NCBI RefSeq assembly: GCF_963676685.1
Contig: NC_092348.1
Location: forward strand, 59,830,001 to 59,894,000
Length of the DNA stretch: 64,000 bases
Source of the DNA: Mytilus edulis
Taxonomy: Eukaryota
Direction of reading: 5' to 3'
In this document: piece after piece, positions 25,601 to 37,945 of the stretch
Position numbering within the stretch: position 1 is the first letter of the stretch
How the letters are laid out: each line of letters starts with the position of its first letter
The notes under the pieces: model-generated
Told to the model about the DNA's origin: nothing
The model's input: the letters and a program-made list of their open reading frames with translations, nothing else
The model's database searches: none
Made by a program: the position numbers and the translations under genes

Positions 25601-28600
25601 GTGTTTGCCCAAACCCTACCTACCCAGAAAAAAGCTGCCTACTCAAAATCTTTTATTGTCCTGATTTGAAGAAGTTTTTTTTTTAATCGGATAGCCATGA
25701 AGACTTATAAACCATAGATACTGCAATTTTTATTTTTTTTTGCGGAAAAAAGAAAGAAAATGCATACCTACATACCCAATGTCTCAACCTTAGGGTAGGG
25801 TTTGGGCAAACCTAAATATATTTAATTGTGGCCCAGTGGTAAACTTTATGCATATGCATGACGAAAACGAGATGTGATATGAATATAAATCATGTTTTGT
25901 ACTAGACAGACACGCTGAGTAGAAAGATATACCAAAGAATACATACTAGATATGATCCTGATAAAAGTTGCATCAACTTTGCTTTTCTATAAAAAAAATA
26001 CATTTACCTTGCAAACGTGACATGAGATCATTATCTGGAGAATTTGAATCATGCTTTTCCTGGAGTTTTCTAACCATTTTCTTTATAATCTCATCTGTGA
26101 TATTGAAGCAATTCTTCTTCGAGGCTGCCAGCAAGTAGTTTACATATTCAATTGGTACATCCTGACTTTGACTGGACGACCATTCAGAATAGAAAAGGAT
26201 GGCTTCTTTGTCCGCCCTATATGGTAAAACACATAATATGTTTTATATCAATTCAAATTAGCGTATTTCAGCAAGAAACTTAAAGCGAAATTATGTTCCT
26301 CTTGCTATGTTGATGTTACAAAATTTTCCTCCATGCTTGGGTTGCATAAATTTGCGGTTGGGTGTGTGTGAGCTTTTGTTATTTTTTTTGTCTTGACTTT
26401 TAGATGAGTACGTTAAATGCACTTTCTTTTGTTTTCTAATTTATCAAGTATGGGAGATGTTTTTTTTCATAAATTATTTATGATATATTATACACAATAT
26501 AAATTCTGCTTTGTGCATTTTGAACTAAGTTACTCCATAGAAATCAACTGAAACAAATGAAGCTTTTAATAATCGTTTTACACAGAAGTTTAAAGTATTT
26601 TAATTCTAAGGGAGCTACCATTTTATTTTTATGGGGGGGGCTAGGATGAAAAATTTTGTCCTGCATTTTTTTTTAGTTGTAATCTCTGTCCTGCCTTTTT
26701 ATTTTTCACTCTATTCGGTCCTGCCTTTTTTTTATTAGTTTATCCTGACTTTTTTTACCTAAATTGTCATCCTGCCTTTTTTTTTTGCAAAGTGTCTCAT
26801 CCTGCCTTTTTTTTAACTCAAAACTCCTGTCCTGCCTATTTTTTTCAAATTTCATCCTAGCCCCCCATAAAAATCAAATGGTAGCTCCCTAATGAACATA
26901 TACTAGAACTTCACTTGTGCTACGGTTAGGTGTAGTAATTTCTATCAAGCTCGTACAATTCATTTTATTTCTGTGAAATAAATAAAATAATTTAAAAAAA
27001 ATCTCCTGGTGATTTTACTGGTAAGCACATATTTGATAGACGACAACAAATATATGAGAGTAAAACTATCAATAATGCGGGGTTTTATTTGCTGACGAGA
27101 TATTTGTGTTACTGACAAGGAACACAGATGTTGATCCAGGATTTTAAAAAGTAGCGGGCCATCAAACTTGAAAAAAATTGAAGATAAGCGTTAAAAAGTC
27201 TGAATTAGCTATAAATGATTATATAAAAAGGGGGAGGGTGAGCACCACCCACTAAATCCGCCACTGGAACAGATTGATACGGTAAGAAGACTATATGTAT
27301 ATACTAAGTTCCTTGACTTGTCGTATAGTGCATTTTGATGTGGCTCTATTTGTGACTTTAATGTTGCAGTTAGCAGAACAGTAGTATTAAAACAATAAGA
27401 TAAGGACTCCTTACTTATATATGAAGCATATTTTCAAGCTTTCATTATTCATCAATCTTGACATGTTACTATACAATGCAAGAAGACCTCTTAATAAAAG
27501 AAAAGGGTATAAAACACGAGATTAAGGAAATTTATTTGATATGTAACTTCTTTCTCGTTATGTAGGAGGGAACGTGATTATGCTTATACGGTCTATAAAA
27601 TCAAAAACCTCTGAAGCTGTGAAAATTGTCCTGGTTCTTTATCATAGGTGATATCTGCTCTAGATCTGTTGGAAATTGGTAGTGGCGACAGATTAGATGT
27701 ATCTTTCTGTGGTTCAAATACTAAAAAAGAAACGATTATTCATGTAATTTAAATGCTGATTTACTGATGTGGTTAAAATGTATTTTATTTGTTAAATCAA
27801 GATAGTTTTTTTAATTATTTTTTTCACGTTTATATTTGTTTGTTTGTTTTGTTATTCAAAGCTTTAGATAACTTTTTAAGTTAACACTACCAGAACTCCG
27901 TCATAAGATTTCAATCTGAGCTATGTTCATAGTGACATATAATATCTAAGAATTCGAATACAAGCTTTTATACTAAGCATGAGTGCTGCATGGTGCACCT
28001 GGAAACTAAATTTAAATTAACTTTCCGCAAAATATTTTTTCGTAAACAAAAAACAAAATACTTGACAACGTCAGAATTCCACAGTAAATAAATCGATTAA
28101 TACGTGCAAATAGGTAGATTAATTCTATCAAAATAAATTTATCCAAATCTTTGAATTACATAACAAGCAAATATATATATACGTTGATCTTGGTTTAACA
28201 GACAAATAAGTTAAATTACGCAGTTTTAATGTGGTACTTGTTTATCACATTCAAGATAACTTGGTAATCATGTATACATGTACCTTCCCGGACATATCTT
28301 TTGAAACTGTACTCGATTTGTTTTGTTTTTACACTTTATGACTCAATTGAAAACAAAGAAGCACATATATATTTAAGAGAGGCAAAAGTAATAAAGAAGT
28401 ATTCAAAATCATACGTCGACAATACACTGCCAGAATCATTGCAAAAAAAAAGACCAAAAGTCAAATAACAGTGCACAAAACACAACATTAAAAAATAGAC
28501 TTAACAACACAAAATCCACCAGAAACCTGGGGGTCTCAGGTGTTGTGAAAGGGTAAGCAGATCCTAGATTCAAGATAAATATCTAAGGGGTTAAATTGGA

Positions 28601-31600
28601 GGTCACAAGAATACGGATTCAATGAGTTCGAAGTATTCATTTGCAAGTGAATAATTTATCATCGATGTTTTTTTACTTATTTTGACAAATTTGAATCATA
28701 CTGGCTTTTAAAAGCGAATTCCTATTTCACTTCATTTTCATTTATAATTGAACAAAAAAAAATCTTATTCTATATCTCGTAGCTATAGTGCCCGTTTAAC
28801 CCAATACAATTCTACAGAAAGTAACACTTTAAATTTTGTATATTAATCAGTCGCTCTTAATATTGAAGTAGGTTTCAACCGTTCAGTTCAGTTCATTTTA
28901 AATTTGTGTATGATCCTATCTTAATAGTCGATCAACATAGGTATTGTGTTAAAATAAATGTTCTGAAATAGAACTACTGACTGGCACTATTAACTTAGAA
29001 GGAAAAAAGAAAATGCTCATAGGCGCTTTTTATCGACCACCTGATAAAACAGATGACACCTACCTGAATAAAATGAAAGACGAAATAAATAACATCAGAT
29101 CAAAACATCAAAAAGACATATTCCTTATTGGTGGCGATTTCAACTTACCCGATATCAACTGGGCAGAACAAACTATAGACCATAGACAGTATCCTACCAG
29201 AACCAACCAGGCATTCTTGGAACTTGTAGCTGACAACGGGCTAGAACAAATTGTGGACTTCCCAACACGAAAAGAGAATACCCTAGATTTATTGCTTACA
29301 TCTCATCCTTCATTTAAATTAAGATGCAAACCATTACCATCAATAGGAAACAGCGACCATGACATCGTCCTCCTAGATATGGCTTGTAAACCACTTAAAC
29401 CTAAACCAGTCAGAAGAAAAATATTTCTATGGAAAAAAGCGGAAATACATAATATAAAGGAAGATCTACAAAACTTTATAACTACCTTCAAAAACATCAA
29501 AGATAGAAGCGTTGAGTCTTTATGGCAGGCATTTAAAACAGCTGTACAAACCACCATAGAGAAAAGAGTACCAACGAAAATGACCCTTGGAAGAAACACT
29601 CATCCATGGATCAATACAACCATTAGACGCAAAATAAACCAAAAGCAGAAAGCACACAAGAAGGCGAGAAAAACTAAAAAGAAAAGAGACAAGGATAGGT
29701 ATAAAAGACTACAACAAGAAGTGCAGTGGGAGGTCCGTCAAGCCAACAAGAAGTATATGGAAGAGGTCAGTTCAGACTATAGAGATAATGCAAAGAAATT
29801 CTGGTCTTATATCAAGAGCAAAGGTCAGGAATGGACAGGAGTGGCACCGCTAAAAAACAAAATGGGATTTCTGCAAAGTGATAACAAGAGTAAAGCTGAC
29901 ATTTTAAACGACCAATTCCAGTCAGTATTTACCAAAGAAAACCTAAATAACTTTCCAGATAAAGGTAAAAGTCCATACTCCACCATGAAGGACATAAAAA
30001 TTAGTACCAACGGAGTCCACAAATTATTAAAAAACCTGAAACCGCATAAAGCTACTGGTCCCGATTCAATACCAGCCTTTATACTGAAAGCAGCAGCAGA
30101 ACAACTTGCTCCTATACTCACAGACCTATATCAAACATCATTGAACACTGGTGAAGTCCCGCAAGATTGGAGAGATGCCAATGTAGTTCCACTTTTTAAA
30201 AAAGACGAAAGGCACCTAGCATCTAACTACAGACCAGTATCTCTAACTTCCATCACATGTAAGGTCTTAGAACATATTGTACATAGCAACATCATGGACC
30301 ACTTTGACAAAAATAAAATACTAACTGATGCACAACACGGATTCCGCAAAAGACGATCATGCGAATCCCAACTAATCGTAACCATCAACGACATTGCATC
30401 GAAATTAAAAAGTAGCGGCCAAGTAGACATCATCCTGCTTGACTTTGCAAAAGCATTTGACAAGGTACCACATCACCGCCTCCTACACAAGTTGGAATAC
30501 TACGGCGTCAACCCCAAAACCAATAAATGGATTCGCTCCTTCCTACATAACAGAAAACAGAGCGTGATATTAGAGGGTGCCGTCTCTTCACAAGTACCAG
30601 TACTCTCTGGTGTACCCCAAGGCACAGTCCTTGGTCCATTACTGTTCCTGGCCTACATTAATGACATGCCAGAAACAGCATCTACATCAGAGACCAAATT
30701 GTTCGCGGATGACAGCCTTCTCTTTCGTACCATCACCAACCAAGCTGACAGTGAACTTCTACAAAAGGACTTAACAGCATTGGAAGACTGGGAAAACAAA
30801 TGGCAGATGAGTTTTAATGCCAAAAAATGCCTTGTCATTAGAATATCCCCCAAAAATAGACCAGTGATACAAACATCGTACCATCTTCACGGTCATACTC
30901 TAGACACAGAGGAAGCAAGTAAATATCTTGGAGTAACCATCAGCAACAACCTAACATGGGATAAACACATAGACAATACAGTAGGCAAAGGAAACAGAAC
31001 GTTGGGGTTTATACGTAGAAACCTCAAAGGCTGTACAAAACCTGTAAAAGCAGCTGCATATGTGTCCATGGTAAGACCTGCAGTGGAATATGCAAGCACA
31101 GTATGGGACCCAACCGCCCAAAATAAAATCAAGGCAATTGAACAGGTGCAGAAAAGAGCAGCACGATTTGTGAATAACAACTACACAGACCGAACACCTG
31201 GCTGTGTCACAAATATGGTTAAAAATCTAAAGTGGGAAAGCCTCGAAGAACGGAGGAAAACAAATAGATTGTGCATGCTATTCAAGATCCAGCATGAACT
31301 TATAGATATAGACCGTCACCAATATTTGACCCCGAATGATAACCGGACCAGAGGTAAAAACCGCTTCTTCCAAGAAAGAACAAGTACAGACACCTATGGC
31401 CAATCTTTCTTCCCGAGGACAATCAGGGACTGGAACAACCTACCAACAACAGTTACAGCGACCAACACCGTTGAGGGATTCAGAGCTGCCCTGAAGGCAT
31501 GCTCTGAAAGGAAGTAGGAAAACCAGTTGTAAATAATTTTAATTGTATATTTTTTTTTGCGAACGTTTTAAATGTAATTTGTAAATAGCCAAGAGAAATC

Positions 31601-33505
31601 TTTCTGTGTTGCCCGACACTGCGTAAAGTTTTCGCGCGGAACCATTAACATTCAGCAATGAATCCGGTTCCTTACCTGGAAGAAGAAGAAGAAGAAGAAA
31701 TAAAAAAAACTCACCAATTTAAATGAGAGATGCCGATGCAAAATTAATTTCCTTTTAATGGTTATCAAACTTAAAATTTCAAACTGCTATTTTCAGCACT
31801 TTTGGCTATACCGTTTTGTCAGTTTTTATTTGTGCTGTTGTTAGAAGAAGAAGCTCCGATCATCACCAGGAAAACTGGGTTGCGTTCAACATCGTAGCAC
31901 CAGTTAAATAATGTGACGTAGATTTATAATTATTGAACGTGTAGCTAGCCTAGCTGCTATCAATATCTATGTAACAGCTAGGCTAGCTACGCGTTCAACA
32001 GTCATAAATCTACGTAGCACTACGTAGCATTATCTAGCTGCTACGATGTTGAACGCAATCCTGGAAATCTTAGTCAATAATGTTAAAATCGAATCCACCT
32101 ACCACGTGTTGAATTGGAACTCACAACCTCAGTGTTGCAGGAGTTTGTACTAAATAGTTTAAAGGTCGTCTTTTGGTCTTTAACAATGAGCAAAACCCAT
32201 ATGGTACAAAAGGCTGTAATAGGCGCACAGATTTTTGCAGTTTGAAAACTTTTTTTTTTTTATAAGTTTGTATTTAAGTATTTGCAAAGATAATCACTTC
32301 TCGGGGAATTTTAACACTTTCAGTAATGATGATCAGGTTCATCAAAAGGAATTGAAAAATATGACAAACACAAAACATATTCTAAGTAAGTATGTAGGTT
32401 TATATATACAAGTTTTAAAATATGGCACGAACTAGATAGTGTAATTTTCAAATTCATTTTATGTCTAAGAAATAGTTAATTGAATTTTACTAAGATAAAG
32501 TAAGTTTTGAAAACTGTTCAAGACATCCACTCATTTAAGTCACTATAGGCAATTGTATGGATTAAAATAAAAAAATAGAAGGATATATATCTGCTGGACA
32601 ACAATGATGTGACTTAAACTGTGGACATGTATAAGATTGGACCGTATGAAATGAAATACATGTATTTTGTTGCTTTTACTCTCATCTGCTGACTAGGGAA
32701 AAAATCAAAATACAGGAAGTTTCACATATATTGTATTAATATAACCGGAAGAAAAGTGACTTTAGGAACTTTTACAATAATTCGCAAAGTGCTTTACATG
32801 AACTCTCGTTTTGAATTGAATATCCATATGAACTCTCGTTTTGATTTGAATATTAATATGAACTCTCGTTTTAAATTGAATATTTCCCATTTTAGTTTTA
32901 AGTTGAATATTTCTTGTTGTAAATGTTTCTTTATTCTTAAATATAATGTTTCTTATTTCAAATATCCAGAGATTATAGAGTTACTATTTTACAACTTAAT
33001 CCGATGGCTGTCAAAAGTGTGAGAGATAATACATGTATCTAACACTCGAACTACAAAAGCAATTATCGCTATTTTATAAAGTTTAGCCGCAGGACAATAA
33101 TCCACCTTTCTATGTGCTCATATTTTTCTTTACTCAGAGTAAATTTTGGTGTGTAAAAACGACCAAATTTGTCATTTCCTTGCGATGAATCGTACAAGTC
33201 CGACTCCTAGTACAAAGCAAGGTTGATTTATATCTCATTCGTGTGTAATCGTCTTGAGTATGCGTGTAATATTACCCACTGGATGTTAAACAACCACCAC
33301 ACAATCAATAATAAATTTCAACTTGTGATTTCGGAAAGAAACACTTAGCGTGTTTGACCTTTTACGATAAATATATAAAAATAATGCATTGTTTTAAGAA
33401 CAAAGAGAAAACATTATTTACATAATCTTACAAACCTCTTTCATTATCAAGATGAATCTTAAATGGATTTTTCAAAAATCTTTCATAACGTTCGTACACT
33501 TCCAT
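22607..33505 (-). CDS. Uncharacterised 7-exon gene, about 241 aa, possible divergent RGS-homology domain
   Basis: Phase-compatible GT-AG exons 33505-33432, 28333-28284, 27720-27609, 27489-27415, 26216-26008, 24856-24738, 22693-22607 give 726 nt with no internal stop: MEVYERYERFLKNPFKIHLDNERGF...GLLALYSNMSRLMNNESLKICFIYKADKEAILFYSEW...EYVNYLLAASKKNCFNITDEIIKKMVRKL...PDNDLMSRLQGLLLDDL...KLHSFLNSEMVQFYMDGTESDDSAFDKTATMHCLYGRQ*. The 50-nt exon is the weakest; an alternative donor at 33435 can skip it in frame. Confidence 0.72.
23150..23345 (-). mobile_element. tRNA-derived SINE, Meta-domain-like, degenerate
   Basis: Minus-strand B-box GGTTCGATCC (~23277-23286) next to ctttgttcttactccttaatgcagcatgcttagcgga, recalled as MetaSINE-like. 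Confidence 0.55.
25273..25314 (-). ncRNA. Hammerhead ribozyme motif of a second repeat family
   Basis: The minus strand reads GCGUUC-CUGAUGA-AUGUAAAUCCA-GAAA-AGCGCU-UC^GGACGC: 6-bp stem I, palindromic stem III region, poor stem II. It lies in a repeat at ~25250-25500. Confidence 0.6.
25576..25833. mobile_element. MITE with GGCCA termini
   Basis: ggccataa...gtttgcccaaaccctacc / gggtagggtttgggcaaac...ttgtggcc; near 3-bp TSD caa/cag. Confidence 0.7.
26610..26889. mobile_element. Tourist/PIF-Harbinger-type MITE
   Basis: TIR gggagctaccattt / aaatggtagctccc, exact TAA TSD, and about seven internal tcctgccttttt-like repeats. Confidence 0.85.
28971..31699 (+). mobile_element. 5'-truncated CR1-clade non-LTR retrotransposon (LINE), recent insertion
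   Basis: Uninterrupted ORF2, then a short 3' UTR with a stem-loop (ggaacc 31638-31643 / ggttcc 31666-31671) and a (GAA)n tail at ~31679-31699. Candidate TSD GAAATA at 28965-28970 and 31697-31702. It sits antisense in an intron of the minus-strand gene. Confidence 0.9.
29013..31517 (+). CDS. LINE ORF2: C-terminal part of an AP endonuclease plus reverse transcriptase
   Basis: 834 aa open frame. Endonuclease motifs: FYRPP, GGDFNLPDINW, TLDLLLT, SDHD. RT motifs: NYRPVSLTS, QHGFRK, LDFAKAFDKVPH, GVPQGTVLGPLLF, LFADD, KYLGV. C-terminal SFFPRTIRDWNNLP is typical of CR1-like elements. The frame is already open upstream of the ATG, so it is N-terminally truncated. Confidence 0.93.
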   Translation: MLIGAFYRPPDKTDDTYLNKMKDEINNIRSKHQKDIFLIGGDFNLPDINWAEQTIDHRQYPTRTNQAFLELVADNGLEQIVDFPTRKENTLDLLLTSHPSFKLRCKPLPSIGNSDHDIVLLDMACKPLKPKPVRRKIFLWKKAEIHNIKEDLQNFITTFKNIKDRSVESLWQAFKTAVQTTIEKRVPTKMTLGRNTHPWINTTIRRKINQKQKAHKKARKTKKKRDKDRYKRLQQEVQWEVRQANKKYMEEVSSDYRDNAKKFWSYIKSKGQEWTGVAPLKNKMGFLQSDNKSKADILNDQFQSVFTKENLNNFPDKGKSPYSTMKDIKISTNGVHKLLKNLKPHKATGPDSIPAFILKAAAEQLAPILTDLYQTSLNTGEVPQDWRDANVVPLFKKDERHLASNYRPVSLTSITCKVLEHIVHSNIMDHFDKNKILTDAQHGFRKRRSCESQLIVTINDIASKLKSSGQVDIILLDFAKAFDKVPHHRLLHKLEYYGVNPKTNKWIRSFLHNRKQSVILEGAVSSQVPVLSGVPQGTVLGPLLFLAYINDMPETASTSETKLFADDSLLFRTITNQADSELLQKDLTALEDWENKWQMSFNAKKCLVIRISPKNRPVIQTSYHLHGHTLDTEEASKYLGVTISNNLTWDKHIDNTVGKGNRTLGFIRRNLKGCTKPVKAAAYVSMVRPAVEYASTVWDPTAQNKIKAIEQVQKRAARFVNNNYTDRTPGCVTNMVKNLKWESLEERRKTNRLCMLFKIQHELIDIDRHQYLTPNDNRTRGKNRFFQERTSTDTYGQSFFPRTIRDWNNLPTTVTATNTVEGFRAALKACSERK
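31875..32063. mobile_element. Palindromic (hairpin) MITE
   Basis: ttgcgttcaacatcgtagca ... tgctacgatgttgaacgcaa, with inner arms gtagctagcctagctg / cagctaggctagctac. Confidence 0.8.
32798..32885. repeat. Three-copy 30-bp tandem repeat
   Basis: atgaactctcgtttt..attgaatat at 32798, 32828 and 32858. Confidence 0.8.
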
Positions 33506-34749
33506 TTTGTCTCTTTTCAGTCTGAATCCAAAATGTAAAGAAATGACGATTTATAGACTTGAGAACTATTCAGTGAACTTTTAATTACAAATCTGTTTGT
33601 ATCAGACTGAACACTTTTTAATATCGAAAAAAATACATTTGCACAATATATAGTAATATACATACTCATTTTTGCAAAATATATTTTTTATAAAAAGAAA
33701 TAAAAAATATTTCAGATATAAATTAAAATTATAAAAAAAAATTTGTAGTTCAACTTTTCACTTGCGTTGATGTTATTTTTTTTAGGAATATAAAGTTCAA
33801 CCTTTCTATCTTTTTCGAAAGGAAAAGTATATCCAAATATACCGAGTGGTAAATTGAATTATAGTGTATATTTTTCCATATTCCATTTATTTGTTATTCC
33901 TCAATACAAATGTATATGTTCCGCATTTAAAGTTGTTTGAGTACATGTAACAGAAAATGAAATGGTCATATAGTTCAAACTTGTTATTGTATCCTGTTAA
34001 ATAAATTTGTCAACATCTAATAAATTTCAAACCATATTTTGATATTTAAAGAAAATAATTAATTTATTCTTAATTTTGATGCATAAAAATATCTCTGTAT
34101 CATTACTACTGCAAATACGTTTTATAAAAATACAGATTATTTGATATTTTTCTGTCGAAATATGTCTTATATAGAACTAAAATATTACACAAACTACGCA
34201 TTTAAATTGTCTGTAAGTTTTAAAAAAAAATGTAGATCCGGTCCCTCTCTGCACATACTTCACCCATTGGTGATCACGCTGACACTTATGATAGTATGAC
34301 TACATATTCCTACGCAACACTCGCATTCACTTGTGATATTTTCAGAAGTTCAAAAAGATGTCAGGACAAGTCATTTTGACATATTGACCTTACGATTGAG
34401 TCGTTGGAATAAAAATCAAACAAAGAAAAAAACAGCGTTTGTCACGTGTTAGATGTGTCAATAACCTCAGCGTTGGGAAATATAAAAAAAACTTTTAATC
34501 ATAGTTTCTTGTGTATATTTGGCAGCCTAGTATGACCAACATTATCACTGAACTAGTATACATTTTTGTTTAGGATCCAGCTGAGAGACACCTCTGGGTG
34601 CGGGAGTGTCTCGCTCCATTGAAGACCAATTGGTGGCCTTCGGCTGTGGTCTGCTCTTTTGTCGGGTTGTTGTCTTCGACGCATTCCCCATTTCCATTCT
34701 CAATTTTACTATTGCACATAGTTTTACACACCTTTACCCATTTATAGAA

Positions 34750-35875
34750 CGGAGTGTCTATTCGTCCGGCTAGCCGATATTTAAAAATCTCTATTTGTCC
34801 GGCCTTCCGTTTCCGGATGCGCAAATCTTTAATACCAATAAAAGTTTCATGTGGCGCTGAAAGTGTCCCGGATGAGGTGTCGGATAACAAACGCGCGTAT
34901 GCAATGGAAGTTTTGAGAATTGGAGATCGTGATTTTTATTTAAAGATGTCATAAAGAAAACTAGAGAGAATGTGATTGCTTTATTCATTAGTGACTCCAG
35001 AACAATAGCGTATATAGTGTACATGTAAACAGAGAGGAATAAAGCCTGACATGAAACTGAAATTGCTGATTTACCCCATGGAGGCAAAACGCATTCGGAT
35101 AATGACTAAATCAAATAACTAGGGCTAATTATTTCTAAGTTCTACTACAACGATTGAACATGCACTGATCTACCTCGATTTGACCTGAATAGGATACTAG
35201 TATCAGCGGCCTGGTTGGGGTAACCCTCTTTTTTATTCTGTTCAACTCAATAAACATTTTTTTACTATATTTTTCTATCGCAAACTCAATCTTACTTTTT
35301 GTGAAGGTTACACGTACCTATACCGTTCTCTCTTATTTCCTATGAGTTAAAAAAAAAAAAAAAAAACATTTCAAACGACATGATTTGAACCAAACTCAGT
35401 CAAGAAAACAATAAATTCAGAATCTCCTTTCGGAATCATAGATGTTCATTGAAGGCAATAATTAACCTTACATGAAATTCATATAGGTAGAACAAATAAA
35501 AAGATGAGTCCTTTTTGCCCCTCCCCCAAACTCCTTTAGAATAAACACATCAGAATAAAATATATACTTTGTAGTATATTCATTTTGCATTTTGATTTGT
35601 TTTAGTGAATGAATGGAAATTATTTGCACAATTTTTTGCCAAGACTATAAGTGACTAATTCAAAAGTGTATTTGCTGCATAGATGTTGATATACGATTTA
35701 GACAATATTTCTCATAACTATACTCAGCGTGTATTTCCTTAAATCACGTTGTTATATCTACACCATTATATTTTGGCCGGACAAATAGCAAAACACCGTA
35801 AAAATGCTATTTTTCCGGCTTGCCGGATGAATAGACATTTTTGACTTTTTGTCAACCGGACGAAAAGCCACTGCC
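34750..35875. mobile_element. Non-autonomous Mutator (MULE)-like element
   Basis: 9-bp TSD TTTATAGAA at 34741-34749 and 35876-35884; imperfect TIR cggagtgtctattcgtccgg / ccggacgaaaagccactgcc; repeated ctatt.gtccgg subterminal motifs. Confidence 0.75.
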
Positions 35876-36389
35876 TTTATAGAAACCATCGAAAGAAGAA
35901 AAATATTTTAGGTCCATATTACGCGAAAGTTTGATTTACATTATGACTTAATTAACATTCTTAAACCATTCGTTCGAAATATATCTACTTAGAATATTTA
36001 CATTAAACAATGTAAACAATTGAATGTAGAAAGTAAACTTTTTATAGAATGCAAAACTAAAGTACATTCAACAAGAAAAAGAAATAGAAGAAATTGGACT
36101 CATCAATCTTGCTTTCTTTACTAAAAGTTAACCGAAGAAATGTTTAGAAACAAAAAGAATAAAACAAAGACTAGGAATTTTAGTTTCAATCGAATATCTA
36201 AAGAAAAAAAAAGTTAGAATTTTATTAAAATTATATTTAAAATCAAGTTACAGAACGCCACTTCTGACATGTCTGATATAGAAATAATCAATATTTTCTA
36301 ACTTGAATACATTAAACAAAGTAAAACAATGCGTATCACTCACACATTGTTGATAATATAAAGGAATTTCATGCGACTACAAGGTAGGC

Positions 36390-37945
36390 CTGTAACGTTT
36401 ATTCATACCAAAGACAAAGAATGATTAAAAATGAAATATTGGTATTGTGTTCCTTGAGTTCCTATATTTTACTAGACTAATCAAAGTCTCACGACAACAA
36501 GACCGGAAGAAGAAAGTAGAGTTTTGTGTTCTGCGCAGATCCGGAAATTAAAAAACACGACAAAAAAAAATTGAACGATTTTGAGTTCATTAGTACGAAA
36601 TTTTCCCGATTTTTTTTTTTGAATTTTCTACTGTAATAGGGGACTTCGTCCCCATAATATGAGACAGGCATTACCTGTAAATGGGGACGAAGTCTGTATG
36701 AATTATTTTTTTGTAACTTAAATATTGTTTTAAAAAAAAAAGAAACGGAAATACCGTAACGTTTCCGATTTTGGTTCTGTTGTTAGGGATTTAGTTGTGA
36801 CGTTTATTTAAATTATGACGTCATATGCAATGTAAACAAAGAAACGCTATCATAAGGTAACGTTTTTTCATATCAAGGAATTATTAAAAATGAAATTGGT
36901 ATTGCGTGTTCCTTCCTATTTTATACTAGACTGATCAAAAAGTTTCATACAAACGAGACCGGAAAAAGGAAGTACATTGTACATTTCTGCGCAGGTCCGG
37001 GATTTCAAAACACGACAAAAAAAATTTGAACGATTTTGAGTTCATTAGTACAATGAAAAATTCGGGAAATTTTCCCGTATTTTTTTTTTTTATTGAATTT
37101 TCTACTGTTATTAGGGACTCCGTCCCCATAATATGAGGCAGGCATAACCTGTGAATGGGGACGAAGTCTGTATGTATTCTTTTTTTACTTCAAACATGTT
37201 AATAAAGGATACGGAAATACCGTAACGTTCCCGATTTTGGTTCTGTTGTTAGGGATTTAGCTGTGACGTTCTTTAAGTTATGACGTCATATTCAATGTAA
37301 ACAAAAGAAACGCTTCCATCAGGTAACGTTTTTTTCAAATCAAACAATTATTAAAAATGAAACTGTATTGAGTTCCAATCTTATATTTTACTAGACTGAT
37401 AAATATATTTTTTTCAAAGTCTCATGAAAACAAGACAGATTTCTGCGCAAATGCGGGGAAAACCGGAACAGGAACTAGATCTGAAAAAAAAGTTAACGAT
37501 TTTCAGTTCATTAGTAGAATGAAAAATTCGGGAAATTTTCCCGATTTTTTTTTTTTTTTATTTATTGATTTTTCTACCGTAATTGGGGACTTCGTCCCCA
37601 TATTACTTTTTACATTTTTGTTCAATCCAGAAAATACTGATATTTATAATTTTGTAAATACATATAACATTTTGAAATAATATGAGGCAGGCATAACCTG
37701 TGAATGGGGACGAAGTCTGTATGTATTATTTTCTTAATTCAATTATGAAACCGAAATACCGTACGTAACGTTCCCGATTTTGGTTCTGTTGTTAGGGAAT
37801 TAGCTGTAACGTTCTTTAAGTTATGACGTCATATTCGATGTAAACAAAAGAAACGCTTTCATCAGGTAACGTAACGTTTTTTTTCATATCAAACAATTAT
37901 TAAAATTGAATTTGTATTGAGATCCAATCTTATGTTTTACTAGAC
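36390..37945. repeat. Tandem array of ~470-540-bp units, about 3.2 copies
   Basis: Each unit has gacttcgtccccat...atggggacgaagtc, ttttggttctgttgttaggga and TGACGTCA (36816, 37281, 37824). Confidence 0.85.

Noticed and set aside
29303-31180. Several antisense ORFs within the LINE
   Set aside because: Shadows of the long sense ORF.
32324-32385. Possible plus-strand micro-exon (cag|T AAT GAT...CTA A|gtaagt)
   Set aside because: No partner exons found; likely chance in AT-rich DNA.
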